A DNA stretch of 64,000 bases. Origin: an uncultured Acidobacteriota bacterium. GTDB lineage: Bacteria > Acidobacteriota > Thermoanaerobaculia > Multivoradales > SZUA-115. Shown here one piece after another: positions 18,539 to 29,716 of this stretch (its first letter is position 1; the number at the start of each line of letters is the position of its first letter). The stretch lies in contig CAWDVR010000006.1 in the NCBI GenBank assembly GCA_963805975.1, positions 160,001-224,000 on the forward strand. The letters run 5' to 3'. A model generated the notes under the pieces. The model made no database searches. It was given only the letters and a program-made list of their open reading frames with translations, and had not been told where the DNA came from. The position numbers and the translations under genes were made by a program.

Positions 18539-18930
18539 TGTACGCCCTGGACACCAACAGCGTCATCTACTTTTTCAAAGGAATGGGGCGGGTCGCCGAG
18601 CGTCTGCTCGCGGCTCCTCCCCAAGCAGTGGCTGTGCCCGCGATCGTGTTCTACGAGCTCGAGGTGGGCGCTCAGCGCTCTCCCTACTCGGCGCGGCGGC
18701 GAGCTCAGCTCGCCGAGCTGGGTCGGCACGTCAACATCCTTCCCTTTGGCGAGAAAGAGGCGAGGGCCGCCGCCGAGATCAGGGCTTCTCTCGACGAGAT
18801 CGGGCAAGGGATCGGACCGCTCGACACCCTCATCGCCGGTACGGCGGTCGCTCGAGGCGCCACGCTGGTGACGCACAACATCTGGGAGTTCGGCCGCGTA
18901 CGGGGCCTGTTCGTCGAGGACTGGTTTTGA
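18538..18930 (+). CDS. vapC: VapC PIN-domain toxin
   Basis: YALDTNSVIYF; IGPLDTLIAGTA...LVTHN..EF.RV.GL.VEDW. Confidence 0.93.
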   Translation: MYALDTNSVIYFFKGMGRVAERLLAAPPQAVAVPAIVFYELEVGAQRSPYSARRRAQLAELGRHVNILPFGEKEARAAAEIRASLDEIGQGIGPLDTLIAGTAVARGATLVTHNIWEFGRVRGLFVEDWF

Positions 18931-19667
18931 CGACGACACCCCGGTGGTCCCTGGTCATCCCCGCCTACAACGAAGAGCGCTATCTCCCGCGCCTGCTCAA
19001 CACGGTGGACGCAGCGCGGAGCCGCTTCCATGCCGGTGCGGAGAGCGTCGAGGTGATCGTTGCTAACAACGCCTCGACGGATGGAACGGCCTCGCTCGCG
19101 GCAGAGCGCGGCTGCAAGGTGGCACACGTCGAAAGACGGGCGATCGCCGCGGCGCGCAACGGCGGGGCCGTACTGGCGCAGGCGCCGTTCCTCGCCTTCG
19201 TCGACGCCGATTTTCAGATTCACCCGGAGACCTTCAACGTCCTCGACCGGGCTCTCGCACGCCGAGACATCATCGCAGGCTCCACCAGCGCCACCGTCGA
19301 GCGCTGGTCGCTCGGCATCGTGCTCACCTACGCGGCGCTGGCGCCGGCGGCGCTCCTGATGAGGATGGACATCGGAGTGATCTTCTGCCGGAGGGACGGC
19401 TTCGAAGCGGTCGGCGGCTATGACGAGAGCCGGCTCTACGGCGAGGACGTGGCGTTTCTGTGGGCCCTCAAGCGCTTGGGCTGGCGGCGCGGGCAGCGGC
19501 TGGTGCGCGCCACCGCCGCCAGGGCCGTGGCCTCGACACGCAAGTTCGACCGCTACGGCGACTGGCATTACTTCACGCGCATGCCGGGCTTGGCGGTCAG
19601 AATGCTCCTGCGCCCACGATCGGCCGGCGCCTTTGCGAAGCGCTACTGGTACGAGGACGAGCGCTAG
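18927..19667 (+). CDS. Glycosyltransferase family 2
   Basis: SLVIPAYNEE; ARNGGA; FVDAD; GGYDE...GED. Confidence 0.9.
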   Translation: MTTTPRWSLVIPAYNEERYLPRLLNTVDAARSRFHAGAESVEVIVANNASTDGTASLAAERGCKVAHVERRAIAAARNGGAVLAQAPFLAFVDADFQIHPETFNVLDRALARRDIIAGSTSATVERWSLGIVLTYAALAPAALLMRMDIGVIFCRRDGFEAVGGYDESRLYGEDVAFLWALKRLGWRRGQRLVRATAARAVASTRKFDRYGDWHYFTRMPGLAVRMLLRPRSAGAFAKRYWYEDER

Positions 19668-19723
19668 TCACATCGCCGAGTCGGGCGGCGAGGCCGGGTA
19701 TCTCGCGCCTGCGATCTAGCAGC

Positions 19724-20506
19724 TCACGGCACGGTCTCCGTCCAGGCCCCGGTGTCGCCGCTCTCGAAGCCGTCGCCGAAGGTCCAGCCGGCCGCCCAGC
19801 GGATGCCGCCCAGGAGCAGGAGCTGGTAGGCCGGATCGGAGTATGTCTCGATGCGGTGGCCCAGGTTGGTGTACCAGGCGGGGCCCGAGTCCACGGCATG
19901 ACACCAGGTGATCGGGTGGTCGCCCATGGCGCCGGGGCCCGGGTTGTAGGACGATTCGTCGACCGCGATCAGCACGGTCACCGCTGGCCGGGGATTGGCC
20001 TGGAAGTTGTACCACTCGTCGAGGAACGACAGGCTCGGCGGCAGGTGCGCGGTCGAGGGGTGATCGGGGACCTCGACCAGGAGCGTCGCTGTCTGGATCG
20101 GCGGGTGGTTCGAGAACCAGGCGCCGTTGCCCAGGAGCTCGCCGTAGAACGGCCACGCGGCCTCGGTGTCCGCCGCGGCATGCACGCCCACCCAGCCCCC
20201 ACCGCCCCGCACGTAGCTTTCGAACGCCGCCTGCTGGTCGGCGTCGAGCACATCGCCGGAGGTGTTGAGCCAGACCACGGCGTGGTATTGCGCCAGTGCC
20301 ATGGGGGTGAAAAGGCCGGCGTCCTCGGACTCGTCAACGGCGAACCCGTACGTCGCGCCGAGGCTCTGGACGAGCGCGATACCGGCGGGGATCGAGTCGT
20401 GGCGAAAGGCCGAGGTCTTGCTGAAGACAAGGACGCGGAAGTCTTGGGCCATGGCGGCGGGCGCGTTGGCAGCCAGCAGGGCCAACAGGATGCCTCGAAA
20501 AACCAT
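19724..20506 (-). CDS. Secreted ThuA-domain protein with C-terminal FGDGFESGDTGAW tag
   Basis: Signal peptide; VLVFSKTSAFRHDSIPAG; DEWYNF; MGDHPITW; WYTNLGH. Confidence 0.9.
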   Translation of the reverse strand: MVFRGILLALLAANAPAAMAQDFRVLVFSKTSAFRHDSIPAGIALVQSLGATYGFAVDESEDAGLFTPMALAQYHAVVWLNTSGDVLDADQQAAFESYVRGGGGWVGVHAAADTEAAWPFYGELLGNGAWFSNHPPIQTATLLVEVPDHPSTAHLPPSLSFLDEWYNFQANPRPAVTVLIAVDESSYNPGPGAMGDHPITWCHAVDSGPAWYTNLGHRIETYSDPAYQLLLLGGIRWAAGWTFGDGFESGDTGAWTETVP

Positions 20507-20525
20507 CCCGGTCGGGCTCCGTGGC

Positions 20526-21050
20526 CTAGCGCCGGTGCTCGGTCACGGCGCTCACGGTATGTACCTCGCCCAGCTTGGGCTCCTGGCCGGTAAGCCAGCC
20601 CTTCACGATTTCGAAGAGAACCACCGGTCGGGGCTTGTCATTCTCCAGGAACACGGCCGAGACCACGTCCACTCCGATCAGGACCATGCGAGGGTCATCC
20701 GGCGTGCCATGCCGGGGATCCTCTCCGTCGTCGGGGAACCAGATCTTCCAGTCCGGCTGAAAGAGTTGCCGCATCAGCTCGCGGTCGCGAGAGATTGTTG
20801 CCGTGCCGGCGACCGAGATCCACTCGTGTGAACCTTCCTTGTAGTAGCAGAGATTGACGTGGGGATCGTGATCGAGGTCGTCCAGCTTGCCGCTCTCCCC
20901 CGAGGTCACGAACCAGAGGTCCGCCCCCGGAGCGAGCTTCTGGGTGGCCATGGCGCGTGAGACCAGGTGTCCATCCTGGCGCCGCGTGGTCATCATCGCG
21001 ACTTCCAGCTCTTCGATCATCTGCCACAGCTTTTCGAGCTCCTTGCGCAT
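20526..21050 (-). CDS. General stress protein 26 / pyridoxamine 5'-phosphate oxidase-like FMN-binding protein
   Basis: AMMTT...G.LVSRAMATQ; DLWFVT...SGK; WISVAG. Confidence 0.85.
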   Translation of the reverse strand: MRKELEKLWQMIEELEVAMMTTRRQDGHLVSRAMATQKLAPGADLWFVTSGESGKLDDLDHDPHVNLCYYKEGSHEWISVAGTATISRDRELMRQLFQPDWKIWFPDDGEDPRHGTPDDPRMVLIGVDVVSAVFLENDKPRPVVLFEIVKGWLTGQEPKLGEVHTVSAVTEHRR

Positions 21051-21101
21051 CTGACGTTCCCCTTTCGAGGGGGCCGGAGGTGCAAGGCCGTTGCCATCCG
21101 T

Positions 21102-21539
21102 CTACTCGCGGCTGCTGGCCTCGCTCGACGGCACCACGCGCCAGACCGTGACTTTCGGCCTCGAGCCGGAGACCTCCACCGTGGCGAGCACGGTTCTCGC
21201 GCGGCCGCGCCAGGTGGCGCGGGCCAGCACCTCGAGCTCGGTTCCGGAACCGGCCCGGACCTCACTCGCGATGGTGCCGCCGCCGAAGCCGCGCTCGTCG
21301 ACGCCCGCCATCCCGGGGCCCTGTGCCAGCCGGGCGAGAGTCTCGGCGAGGGCCGCGTCGGCGAGGGCGGCGAGATGGAGGGCCTCGGACTCACGCCCGA
21401 GGGCCTTTTGCCGCTCGGCGGCGAGGCTTGCCACCAGGCCCATGGCGATCGAGAGCAGCAGCACCACGAGGAGCGAGAAGAGGAGGATCTGGCCCGATTC
21501 GCCGGAGCGGCGCGAGCCCAAGGGCCGGCGCGGGCTCAC
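21102..21539 (-). CDS. PilX/GspK-like minor pilin
   Basis: ESG-QILLFSLLVVLLL class III-like signal; ALHLAALADAALAE; GTG start overlaps the upstream stop. Confidence 0.6.
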   Translation of the reverse strand: MSPRRPLGSRRSGESGQILLFSLLVVLLLSIAMGLVASLAAERQKALGRESEALHLAALADAALAETLARLAQGPGMAGVDERGFGGGTIASEVRAGSGTELEVLARATWRGRARTVLATVEVSGSRPKVTVWRVVPSSEASSRE

Positions 21540-22099
21540 CAGCCCCGCTCCCTGCCGCCGCCGCGCAGCGCCAGCAACAGGCGCTCCACCGCGAGCTCGG
21601 GGGCCGGCTTGCCGGGCCCGCCGTCGAGACGCCAGCGCGAGGCCGGCGATGCCCGGTGGTAGGCGAGGTCGATCTCCACCAGGTTGGGGGCCGAGGCACG
21701 CCAGCGCCATTGGACGACATCTCGGAGCAGGATCTCGACGCCGGCTTCCGTGCCTTCCTCGTCGAGCAGCCGGCGCAGCAGCTTTCTCCCGTCGCGTTCA
21801 TAGACGATCGAGCTACCGCCGGCTCGCCGCAGAGAGAGCGGTTCGGTCGACCAGCCGAAGAGGAGCGACGGCGGGAAGGGCCCCACCGGCTCGGAAGCCT
21901 GGAGGTCTGTACGCAGCCGGTCCGAGGCAAGCCCGGCGACCGGGCTCGTGAGCTCCGCGCCGGTGGCGCTGATCAGCGTCTGGGCCTCCTGCAGCAGCCC
22001 GGCGGCGAGGAAGAGGCTGACGCCGACCACGGCCAGCACCACGACCATCTCGAGCAGGCTGAAGCCTCCTTGGCGGCAGAGGCTGCCTCTCGGCCCCAT
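21536..22099 (-). CDS. Prepilin-type N-terminal cleavage/methylation protein (PilW/GspJ-like)
   Basis: GGFSLLEMVVVLAVVG. Confidence 0.8.
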   Translation of the reverse strand: MGPRGSLCRQGGFSLLEMVVVLAVVGVSLFLAAGLLQEAQTLISATGAELTSPVAGLASDRLRTDLQASEPVGPFPPSLLFGWSTEPLSLRRAGGSSIVYERDGRKLLRRLLDEEGTEAGVEILLRDVVQWRWRASAPNLVEIDLAYHRASPASRWRLDGGPGKPAPELAVERLLLALRGGGRERGW

Positions 22100-22102
22100 G
22101 GT

Positions 22103-22531
22103 TCAAGGGCTCCAGGCCAGAGTGTCGAGCGCCACGTCCCGCACCTCGCCGCGGAGCGTGTAGCGCGCCGTGACCGTCACCTCGTAGAGATCCTCGACGT
22201 CCGCGGCGCGGATCTCGAGCCGCGCCGTGAGCGAGGCGCTGGCACGGGGAGCGCCCCAGACCGCCGGCAGCTCGTACGAGCCGGGCAGCATCGGCACGGC
22301 GCCGGCACGCACCGCTTCGAGCACCACCTCTGCCGTTCGATAGGCCTCGCGGCGAGCTTCCAGGCGCTCGAGGTCGCGCGGCAGTCGAAAGAGTGTGCTG
22401 AGGCTGAAGAGCAGGACCAAGGCGAGGAGCAGAAGGCCGACCAGCGCTTCGACGAGGGAGAAGCCTCCCTCCTGGCACGGAGCCCGGCCGAGGCAACGGC
22501 CGCCACGGGTCCGGCCGCTACGGGCCCACAT
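22103..22531 (-). CDS. Prepilin-type protein (PilV/GspI-like)
   Basis: GGFSLVEALVGLLLLA. Confidence 0.8.
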   Translation of the reverse strand: MWARSGRTRGGRCLGRAPCQEGGFSLVEALVGLLLLALVLLFSLSTLFRLPRDLERLEARREAYRTAEVVLEAVRAGAVPMLPGSYELPAVWGAPRASASLTARLEIRAADVEDLYEVTVTARYTLRGEVRDVALDTLAWSP

Positions 22532-22925
22532 GCAGCACGATGGTCCTGGCCCGCGCCTCTCTGCGATGCTCGAAGAGGAAGATGCCCTGCCAGGTGCCGA
22601 GGGCCAGGTCGCCGTTCAGGATCGGGATCGAGAGCGAAGTGGCGGTGAGCGCCGCCTTGATGTGCGAGGGCATGTCGTCCGGGCCCTCGGCAGTGTGGGT
22701 GTAGAGCGGGTCGCGCTCGGGCACCAGCCGGACGAACCAGCGCTCGAGATCCTCCCGGGCCGAGGGATCGGCGTTCTCCTGGATCAGCAGGCTCGCCGAG
22801 GTGTGCCGCACGAAGAGGGTGCAGAGCCCCTCCTCGAGCCCGGCACCCCGCACCAGCCGCCGTACCTCGGCGGTGATCTCGGTGAGGCCCGGACCGCGCG
22901 CCGCCACCTCGAACGCTCGGATCAC
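22518..22925 (-). CDS. yjbQ: YjbQ/UPF0047 secondary thiamine-phosphate synthase family
   Basis: HTSASLLIQENADP; EGPDDMPSHIKA; LGTWQGIFLFEH. Confidence 0.93.
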   Translation of the reverse strand: MIRAFEVAARGPGLTEITAEVRRLVRGAGLEEGLCTLFVRHTSASLLIQENADPSAREDLERWFVRLVPERDPLYTHTAEGPDDMPSHIKAALTATSLSIPILNGDLALGTWQGIFLFEHRREARARTIVLHVGP

Positions 22926-23026
22926 GGCCTGATTCTACGCCGCCGGCCGCCGCCGGTCCTTGTGGGTCGAATGGGAGCGCCGGATAAGATAGCGACCTTC
23001 GTCAACCCGAAGGTACCGGAGGACTC

Positions 23027-24496
23027 TTGCTGACGCCGAGCTGGACTGCTGTGGTGCTGTTCGGCCTGGCCCTGATCGCCCTCGGCTGGCGATGGCGGGG
23101 CGAGGCCAGGGACGGGGAAAGCTTCTGGACCGCGGGCCGCCGCCTCGATGGCTTTTCGGTCGGCTTGTCGGTCTCCGCCGGCTTCATGTCGGTCTCCTGG
23201 TCCTGCGTCTACGCCGCACAGCTCTTCTACGGCTATGGGCTGGGTGGCCTGTGGCTGATCACGGTGCCCTGGCTGCTGGCACTCTCCGGCATCTATCTCC
23301 TGTCGCGGCGCTACCGCGGCCTCGCCGCCTTCAGCCAGCCGGAGATGGTGGGCCAGCGCTTCGGCCGCGGTGCCCGACGGGCCCTGGCTCTGCCGGTGGC
23401 GTTCGTGTTCCTGGTTTGGGGAGGCGCCGAGATCTACGTCGCGGCCAAGCTCCTGGCACCGGGCCTCGGCATCCCGACCGCGGCCCTGGTGGTGGGGATC
23501 GGCGCCGTGGTGGCGACCTACTCCATGCTCGGCGGCCTGCGCGCGGTGGTGGCCACGGACAAGATGCAGTATGGGCTGGTGGCGATCTACGTCTTTCTGG
23601 TCGCCGGCCTGGCGGCCCGCGGCATGCTCGCCGAGACCGGCTCGCTGTGGCCGGCGGTGGTGGTGCCGGCCGCCAAGTCCGGCGCGAGCTGGGTGGACCT
23701 CCTCTCGCCCGGCATCGCAACCCTGGTCATCACGTTTTGCGCCTATCTGCCGGGCTGGCTCTTCGAAACCGATCTCTGGGTCAAGGTGCAGGCGGCGCGC
23801 GACCTCCCGGCGGCGCGGCGCGGCATGTTGATCGCGACGCTCAACTCGGCGCTGTTCGTGGGCGTGCTGCCGCTCTTCATCGGCGTCGCGGCCCTGGCGC
23901 TCTTCCCGGCCGAGGGCGGCGTGGCGCCGGCGGTCCTGGGGACCGAGGGCGACTCGATCTTCGCGGCGATCGTCGAGCGCTTCGCACCGCCCTGGATGGT
24001 GACCGTCGCCGGCATCGGCCTGATGGCCGCGGCCATGAGCACCATCGACACCTGCGCCAACGTCACCGCGCTCGCGTTCGGCTACGACCTGCTCGAGCTC
24101 CACAAGCGCCCGCGGGCCGTGGCCGCCTCGCGCTGGGTGATGGCCGGCACGCTCGCCGCCGCCTGCATCTTCGCGCTCAACATCGGTTCGCTGTGGGACA
24201 TCTTCTACCTGTCGAGCGGCGTGCTCTCGACCTCGGTCGCCTTCCCGGTGGCGGCGGTGTTCTGGCCCCGCGCCTCTCCTCGGGGCGTGATGCTCTCCTC
24301 GCTCTGCGGTTTCGCGGGAACGGGTCTCGCGTACCTGCTCCAGAGCCTGGGAGCGCTCGCCAGGGTCCAGCCGGGCTGGCTCTCGGCCACCGGCCTGGCA
24401 TACATCCTCTGGGGAGGGTTGGCCGCCCTCCTCGGCTACCGGATCGGAGCCTGGCTCGACCGCCGCACGACGGCTACCGCTACGGCCGGCGATTGA
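23027..24496 (+). CDS. Sodium:solute symporter family transporter
   Basis: Multi-TM; YSMLGGLRAVVATD; AAAMSTID. Confidence 0.88.
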   Translation: MLTPSWTAVVLFGLALIALGWRWRGEARDGESFWTAGRRLDGFSVGLSVSAGFMSVSWSCVYAAQLFYGYGLGGLWLITVPWLLALSGIYLLSRRYRGLAAFSQPEMVGQRFGRGARRALALPVAFVFLVWGGAEIYVAAKLLAPGLGIPTAALVVGIGAVVATYSMLGGLRAVVATDKMQYGLVAIYVFLVAGLAARGMLAETGSLWPAVVVPAAKSGASWVDLLSPGIATLVITFCAYLPGWLFETDLWVKVQAARDLPAARRGMLIATLNSALFVGVLPLFIGVAALALFPAEGGVAPAVLGTEGDSIFAAIVERFAPPWMVTVAGIGLMAAAMSTIDTCANVTALAFGYDLLELHKRPRAVAASRWVMAGTLAAACIFALNIGSLWDIFYLSSGVLSTSVAFPVAAVFWPRASPRGVMLSSLCGFAGTGLAYLLQSLGALARVQPGWLSATGLAYILWGGLAALLGYRIGAWLDRRTTATATAGD

Positions 24497-24567
24497 CCCA
24501 CTGGCCGATTTCTGCTGGGATGAGTGGACCCTAGACGACAGCGAGCCTGAAAAGGAGCGCCCAGGTC

Positions 24568-26013
24568 ATGCGAGCCCTTTTCCTCAAGCCCCCGATCGGC
24601 GGCATTCTCGGCCTCGAGATGCTGACCTTCGTCGAGCCTCTGGGTCTGATCTGCGTCGCCGGCGGCCTCGAGCAGGACGGCCACGACTGCAAGATCGTCG
24701 ACCTGCGGATCGACGGCGAAGAGCCCGGCCTCGAAGCCAGCCGGCGCTTCGAGCCCGACGTGGTGGGCCTGCAGTGCAACTTCACCACCGAGCGCTACCG
24801 GAGCCTGAAGCTGGCGCAGCGGGTGAAGCGGGAGATGCCGGACGCCTTCGTGGTGCTCGGCGGGCACGACGCCTCGCGCGAGCCCGGCTGGTTCGACGAT
24901 CCGGCGATCGACGCCATCGCGGTCGGCGACGGCGAGGAGATCATGCCGCCGCTGCTCGACGCCCTGGAGCGGAGCGCCGATCTCAGGACCGTGCCCGGCC
25001 TGATTCTCAACACCGTCCACGGCCAGGTGTCGACCGGCCATGCCCCGGCTCGCCGCAACCTGGACGAGCTGCCGCTCCCGGCCCGCCACCTGATCGCCGA
25101 CTACGCGCCGCACTACTACATCAACTTCAGGAAGCCGCTGGCCTTGATGGAGACGGCGCGCGGCTGCCCGTTCAAGTGCAACTTCTGCTCGGTGTGGAAG
25201 TTCCACGAATCGACCTTCCGCGAGAAGTCGGCGAAGCGGGTGGTGGAGGAGCTGAAGGCCATCGAAGCGCCGAACGTGTTCATCACCGACGACATCTTCT
25301 GGCTCGACGTGCGGCGCGGCGAGGCGCTGGCGAAGGAGCTCAAGGCGTCGGGGATCAAGAAGCACTTCACGGTGCAGACCCGCACCGACATCATCTGCAA
25401 GTTCCCGCACCTCATCGAGATGTGGAAGGACTGCGGCCAGCTCTCGATCTTCCTCGGCCTCGAGTCGGTGACCGACGAGGGTCTGAACGCCGTCAACAAG
25501 AGCAACACCGCGGCCAACAACGAGCGGGCGCTCGGCATCCTGAAGGAGCTGGGCGTGGGCTTCACGCCCAACTTCATCGTCGATCCCGCGTGGGACCGTG
25601 CGGACTTCGCCCGCCTGCGCGACTGGATCGACCGCACCGGCGCCTACAACAGCGGCTTCTCGGTGCTGACGCCGCTCCCCGGCACCGACCTCTGGGCGAG
25701 CGCCAAGGAGCGCGTCACCAGCCGGGACTGGGAGATGTTCGACATCATCCACGCCGTGCTGCCGACCAACCTGCCGCTCGAGGAGTTCTACGAGGAGTAC
25801 TCGAACCTCTGGCGCCACGTGCTGGACCTGCGCTACAAGACGCGGGGCAAGCTGCGCACCTACGTGCAGATGGGCGCCGCCCTCGCCACCGGCAAGGTTT
25901 CTCTCGGTGCGGTGCGCAAGGGCATGAACCTCGCCAAGGTATTCAGCAAGCCGGAGACCTTCCTCGCGGCGCACCGGGAGCGGGGGAGCGTCGTAGCGCC
26001 TTCGCTTTCCTGA
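24568..26013 (+). CDS. B12-binding radical SAM methyltransferase (HpnR-like)
   Basis: EPLGL; GGHDAS; RGCPFKCNFC; LTPLPGTDL; FDIIHAVLPTNLPLEEFY. Confidence 0.85.
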   Translation: MRALFLKPPIGGILGLEMLTFVEPLGLICVAGGLEQDGHDCKIVDLRIDGEEPGLEASRRFEPDVVGLQCNFTTERYRSLKLAQRVKREMPDAFVVLGGHDASREPGWFDDPAIDAIAVGDGEEIMPPLLDALERSADLRTVPGLILNTVHGQVSTGHAPARRNLDELPLPARHLIADYAPHYYINFRKPLALMETARGCPFKCNFCSVWKFHESTFREKSAKRVVEELKAIEAPNVFITDDIFWLDVRRGEALAKELKASGIKKHFTVQTRTDIICKFPHLIEMWKDCGQLSIFLGLESVTDEGLNAVNKSNTAANNERALGILKELGVGFTPNFIVDPAWDRADFARLRDWIDRTGAYNSGFSVLTPLPGTDLWASAKERVTSRDWEMFDIIHAVLPTNLPLEEFYEEYSNLWRHVLDLRYKTRGKLRTYVQMGAALATGKVSLGAVRKGMNLAKVFSKPETFLAAHRERGSVVAPSLS

Positions 26014-26068
26014 CGGTCGTCGACGAGCAGCACTTCCTGCGCCTGCCCGGTGCCGCGACTCGCCGGTG

Positions 26069-27034
26069 TCAGTCGGCGTCCTCGACCCGCACGAAGTGCG
26101 CCTGTGCGGCGGGGTAGTCGACCGTCATCCGGAAAAAGCGCAGGACGTTACCGCCCACGGCGCCGTCCACCCGGCGGTCCATCCACTGCGACATGAACTC
26201 GTGGAAGTTGGCGTCGGGGCGCTCGGTGAACCAGGCGGGCCCCACGGCGAAACCCGCGACCGACACCAGCGGTACCTCGATCATCGACATGCCGGCCACA
26301 GTCCGGTCGGCGTCCGGGACCACTCTCCAGTCCGGGTGCCGCTGCCGCCAGCGCGTGAGCACGCCGGTGGTGATGAAGCTCGTCGCCCTGGCGCCAGGCC
26401 CTGCCTCGCCGAGCTGGCTCGCGGCTTCGGGGGCCAGGTTGACGGTCGCGCCGGTGTCCAGCAGCAGCTCCAGCGGCTCGCCGTCCACCTCCACCGTGAT
26501 GCGGGGGAACGACAGGGTGCGCACGCCCGCTTCGTCGGTGAGGAACCCGAGTGGCGCCGACCTCGTGCCCGGCCGCGGTGTAGGTGCCACCGAGTGCAGG
26601 AGCAGCCTCCTGGCGGGGTAGTCGAAGGTCCAGATGCGCTCCGCGAACCACGCCTGTCCCAGCATCCCGTCGAAGCTGCGGTCTCGGGCCTGCTCGGGAG
26701 GCAGGATCGGCAGCTTGCGGTCGGCCGAGCCCAAGGGCTCCGGGAAAGAACGATCGAGGGCGATCTCGTGCAGCGCGACACTCGCCGGCTCCCGCCACTG
26801 GACCCGATCCGCGGCGTGGCGGTGCAGGAACAGACCGCCCCCTGTGTCGGTGTAGAGCTCGAGAGTGCCGCCGCCGCGCACCGGCAGGTCAACGAAGATG
26901 CGGTGCCCCTCGAAACGTGCCGGCATGGCGACGCCGTTCTCCGGGCGCGCCGACGAGCACGCACCCAGCCACAGCAGGAGGCAGATCCCGGCCCAGACCG
27001 GCCCTTGCGCCACACGCGCTCCGGAAGGTGTCAT
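26069..27034 (-). CDS. Lipoprotein with two retropepsin-like aspartyl protease domains
   Basis: LGAC lipobox; LYTDTGG...DGMLG and LLDTGA...DGAVGG. Confidence 0.75.
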   Translation of the reverse strand: MTPSGARVAQGPVWAGICLLLWLGACSSARPENGVAMPARFEGHRIFVDLPVRGGGTLELYTDTGGGLFLHRHAADRVQWREPASVALHEIALDRSFPEPLGSADRKLPILPPEQARDRSFDGMLGQAWFAERIWTFDYPARRLLLHSVAPTPRPGTRSAPLGFLTDEAGVRTLSFPRITVEVDGEPLELLLDTGATVNLAPEAASQLGEAGPGARATSFITTGVLTRWRQRHPDWRVVPDADRTVAGMSMIEVPLVSVAGFAVGPAWFTERPDANFHEFMSQWMDRRVDGAVGGNVLRFFRMTVDYPAAQAHFVRVEDAD

Positions 27035-27037
27035 CGG

Positions 27038-28242
<1,205 letters not shown>

Positions 28243-28246
<4 letters not shown>

Positions 28247-29571
28247 CGGCTGCCACCTCCGCTGCGGCGCGAGCTGCTGCCGCTCGACATGCCCGGGATG
28301 CCGCGCATGCGCTCCATGCGCTGGCGGAACTCGGCCGACGAGCGCAGTTGCGTGGCGCTCGGCAGGAGGACGATCTGCTCGCCTTCGGTGGCGCCCGAGA
28401 CGATCTCCGAGATCTCGTAGTTGCGCAGGCCGATGGTGATCGGCTTCGCCGCGATGCTGCCGTCCGGGCCCTGGACGAAGACCACGCGGGAGCCGTCGTC
28501 GCGCGCCGTCCTGCCGGCCTGGGCGGCGTCTCTACCGCCCCGAGGGGTCTCCCGGCCGTTCGTGCCCTCGGAGGCACCGGCCGCACGCGCGCTCCCTTCT
28601 CCCTCCGGGGCCGAGCCTCCGAGCCCCAGGAGAGCGCTGACGCTCCGCGCCTCCTCGGGCCGCTTCAGTGCCTCGTTCTGCACTACCAGCACGCCGTCAC
28701 GGCGGTCGATCAGGATCTCGATCTCGGCATTCATGCCCGGCTTGAGCAGGTCGTCCAGGTTCTCGATCCGGGTCAGCACCGGGAACATGGTGACGTTCTG
28801 CTGCACCACGGCCTGGGGCTCGACCTTCAGCACCTCGCCACGAAAGCTGCGCTCCGGGAAGGCCTCGACACGGATCGCCACCTCCTGGCCGGAGCGCACC
28901 TTGCCGATGTCCACCTCGTCGACCAGCGAGCGGATCTGCACCGCGCCGAGATCCGCGAGGGTGAGCAGCAGGGTGCCGCCGGAAACCTGCGACACGGCGG
29001 AGCTCACCACCTGGCCGACCTCGACGCTCTTCGCGATCACCGTGCCGGAGATCGGCGAACGCACGGTGGTCTCGGCGAGGCGCTCGGTGGCGTTGTCGAG
29101 GTTCTTCGTCACCCGCACCAGGTCGGTCTTGGCGGTGGTCACCGCCAGCTCGGCCACCTCGAGGTCGGCGGCGGCCAGGAGGCCCTCCGCGGCGAGCCTC
29201 CGCGAGCGGTCCGCCTGCACCCGGGCATTGCCGAGGCGAGCCTGCGCGGCCTCGAGATCGGCGCTGGCCTGATCCAAGGAGTTCTGGGCATCCTGGGGCA
29301 GGAGCTGGAGGAGAACCTGCCCCTGCTCGACGTGGTCGCCGGTGTCGACGGTCATCGAGATCACTTCACCCGAGGCCTTGGACTTGACCTCGACCTTACG
29401 AATCGGCTCGATGACACCGTCCGCCGAGGCAGACAGCACCAGAGAGCCGCGCCGCACCGGAGTGGTGGGGAAGGGTGCCTGCTCGGTGGAGGCCTTGTTG
29501 CAGGCGAAGCTCAGCAGGCCCAGCACCGGAAGGGCCAGCAGGATCGAGGTATGGGAAGGCAGGAAAGGCAT
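28243..29571 (-). CDS. MacA-like periplasmic adaptor (membrane fusion protein)
   Basis: VEVKSKASGEV...GD.VE.GQ; SPISGTV; LKPGMNA. Confidence 0.92.
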
Positions 29572-29674
29572 ACGGGTCACGCAAATCTCCCAGCGGAGGA
29601 GGTCGGTCAGTTCTCGTACACGCGTAGGCGGACCAACCGTCAGACTATTCAAGGGATTGCCACATCTGTCAAGA

Positions 29675-29716
29675 GTAGGGGAGCCGCCCCGGGCTCTCGG
29701 CTCGGGGCGGCTATGT
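29675..29716. other. GTAG-preceded GC hairpin; possible IS91-like terIS remnant or terminator
   Basis: CAAGAGTAGGGG-AGCCGCCCCGGGC-TCTCG-GCTCGGGGCGGCT-ATGTC. Confidence 0.35.
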
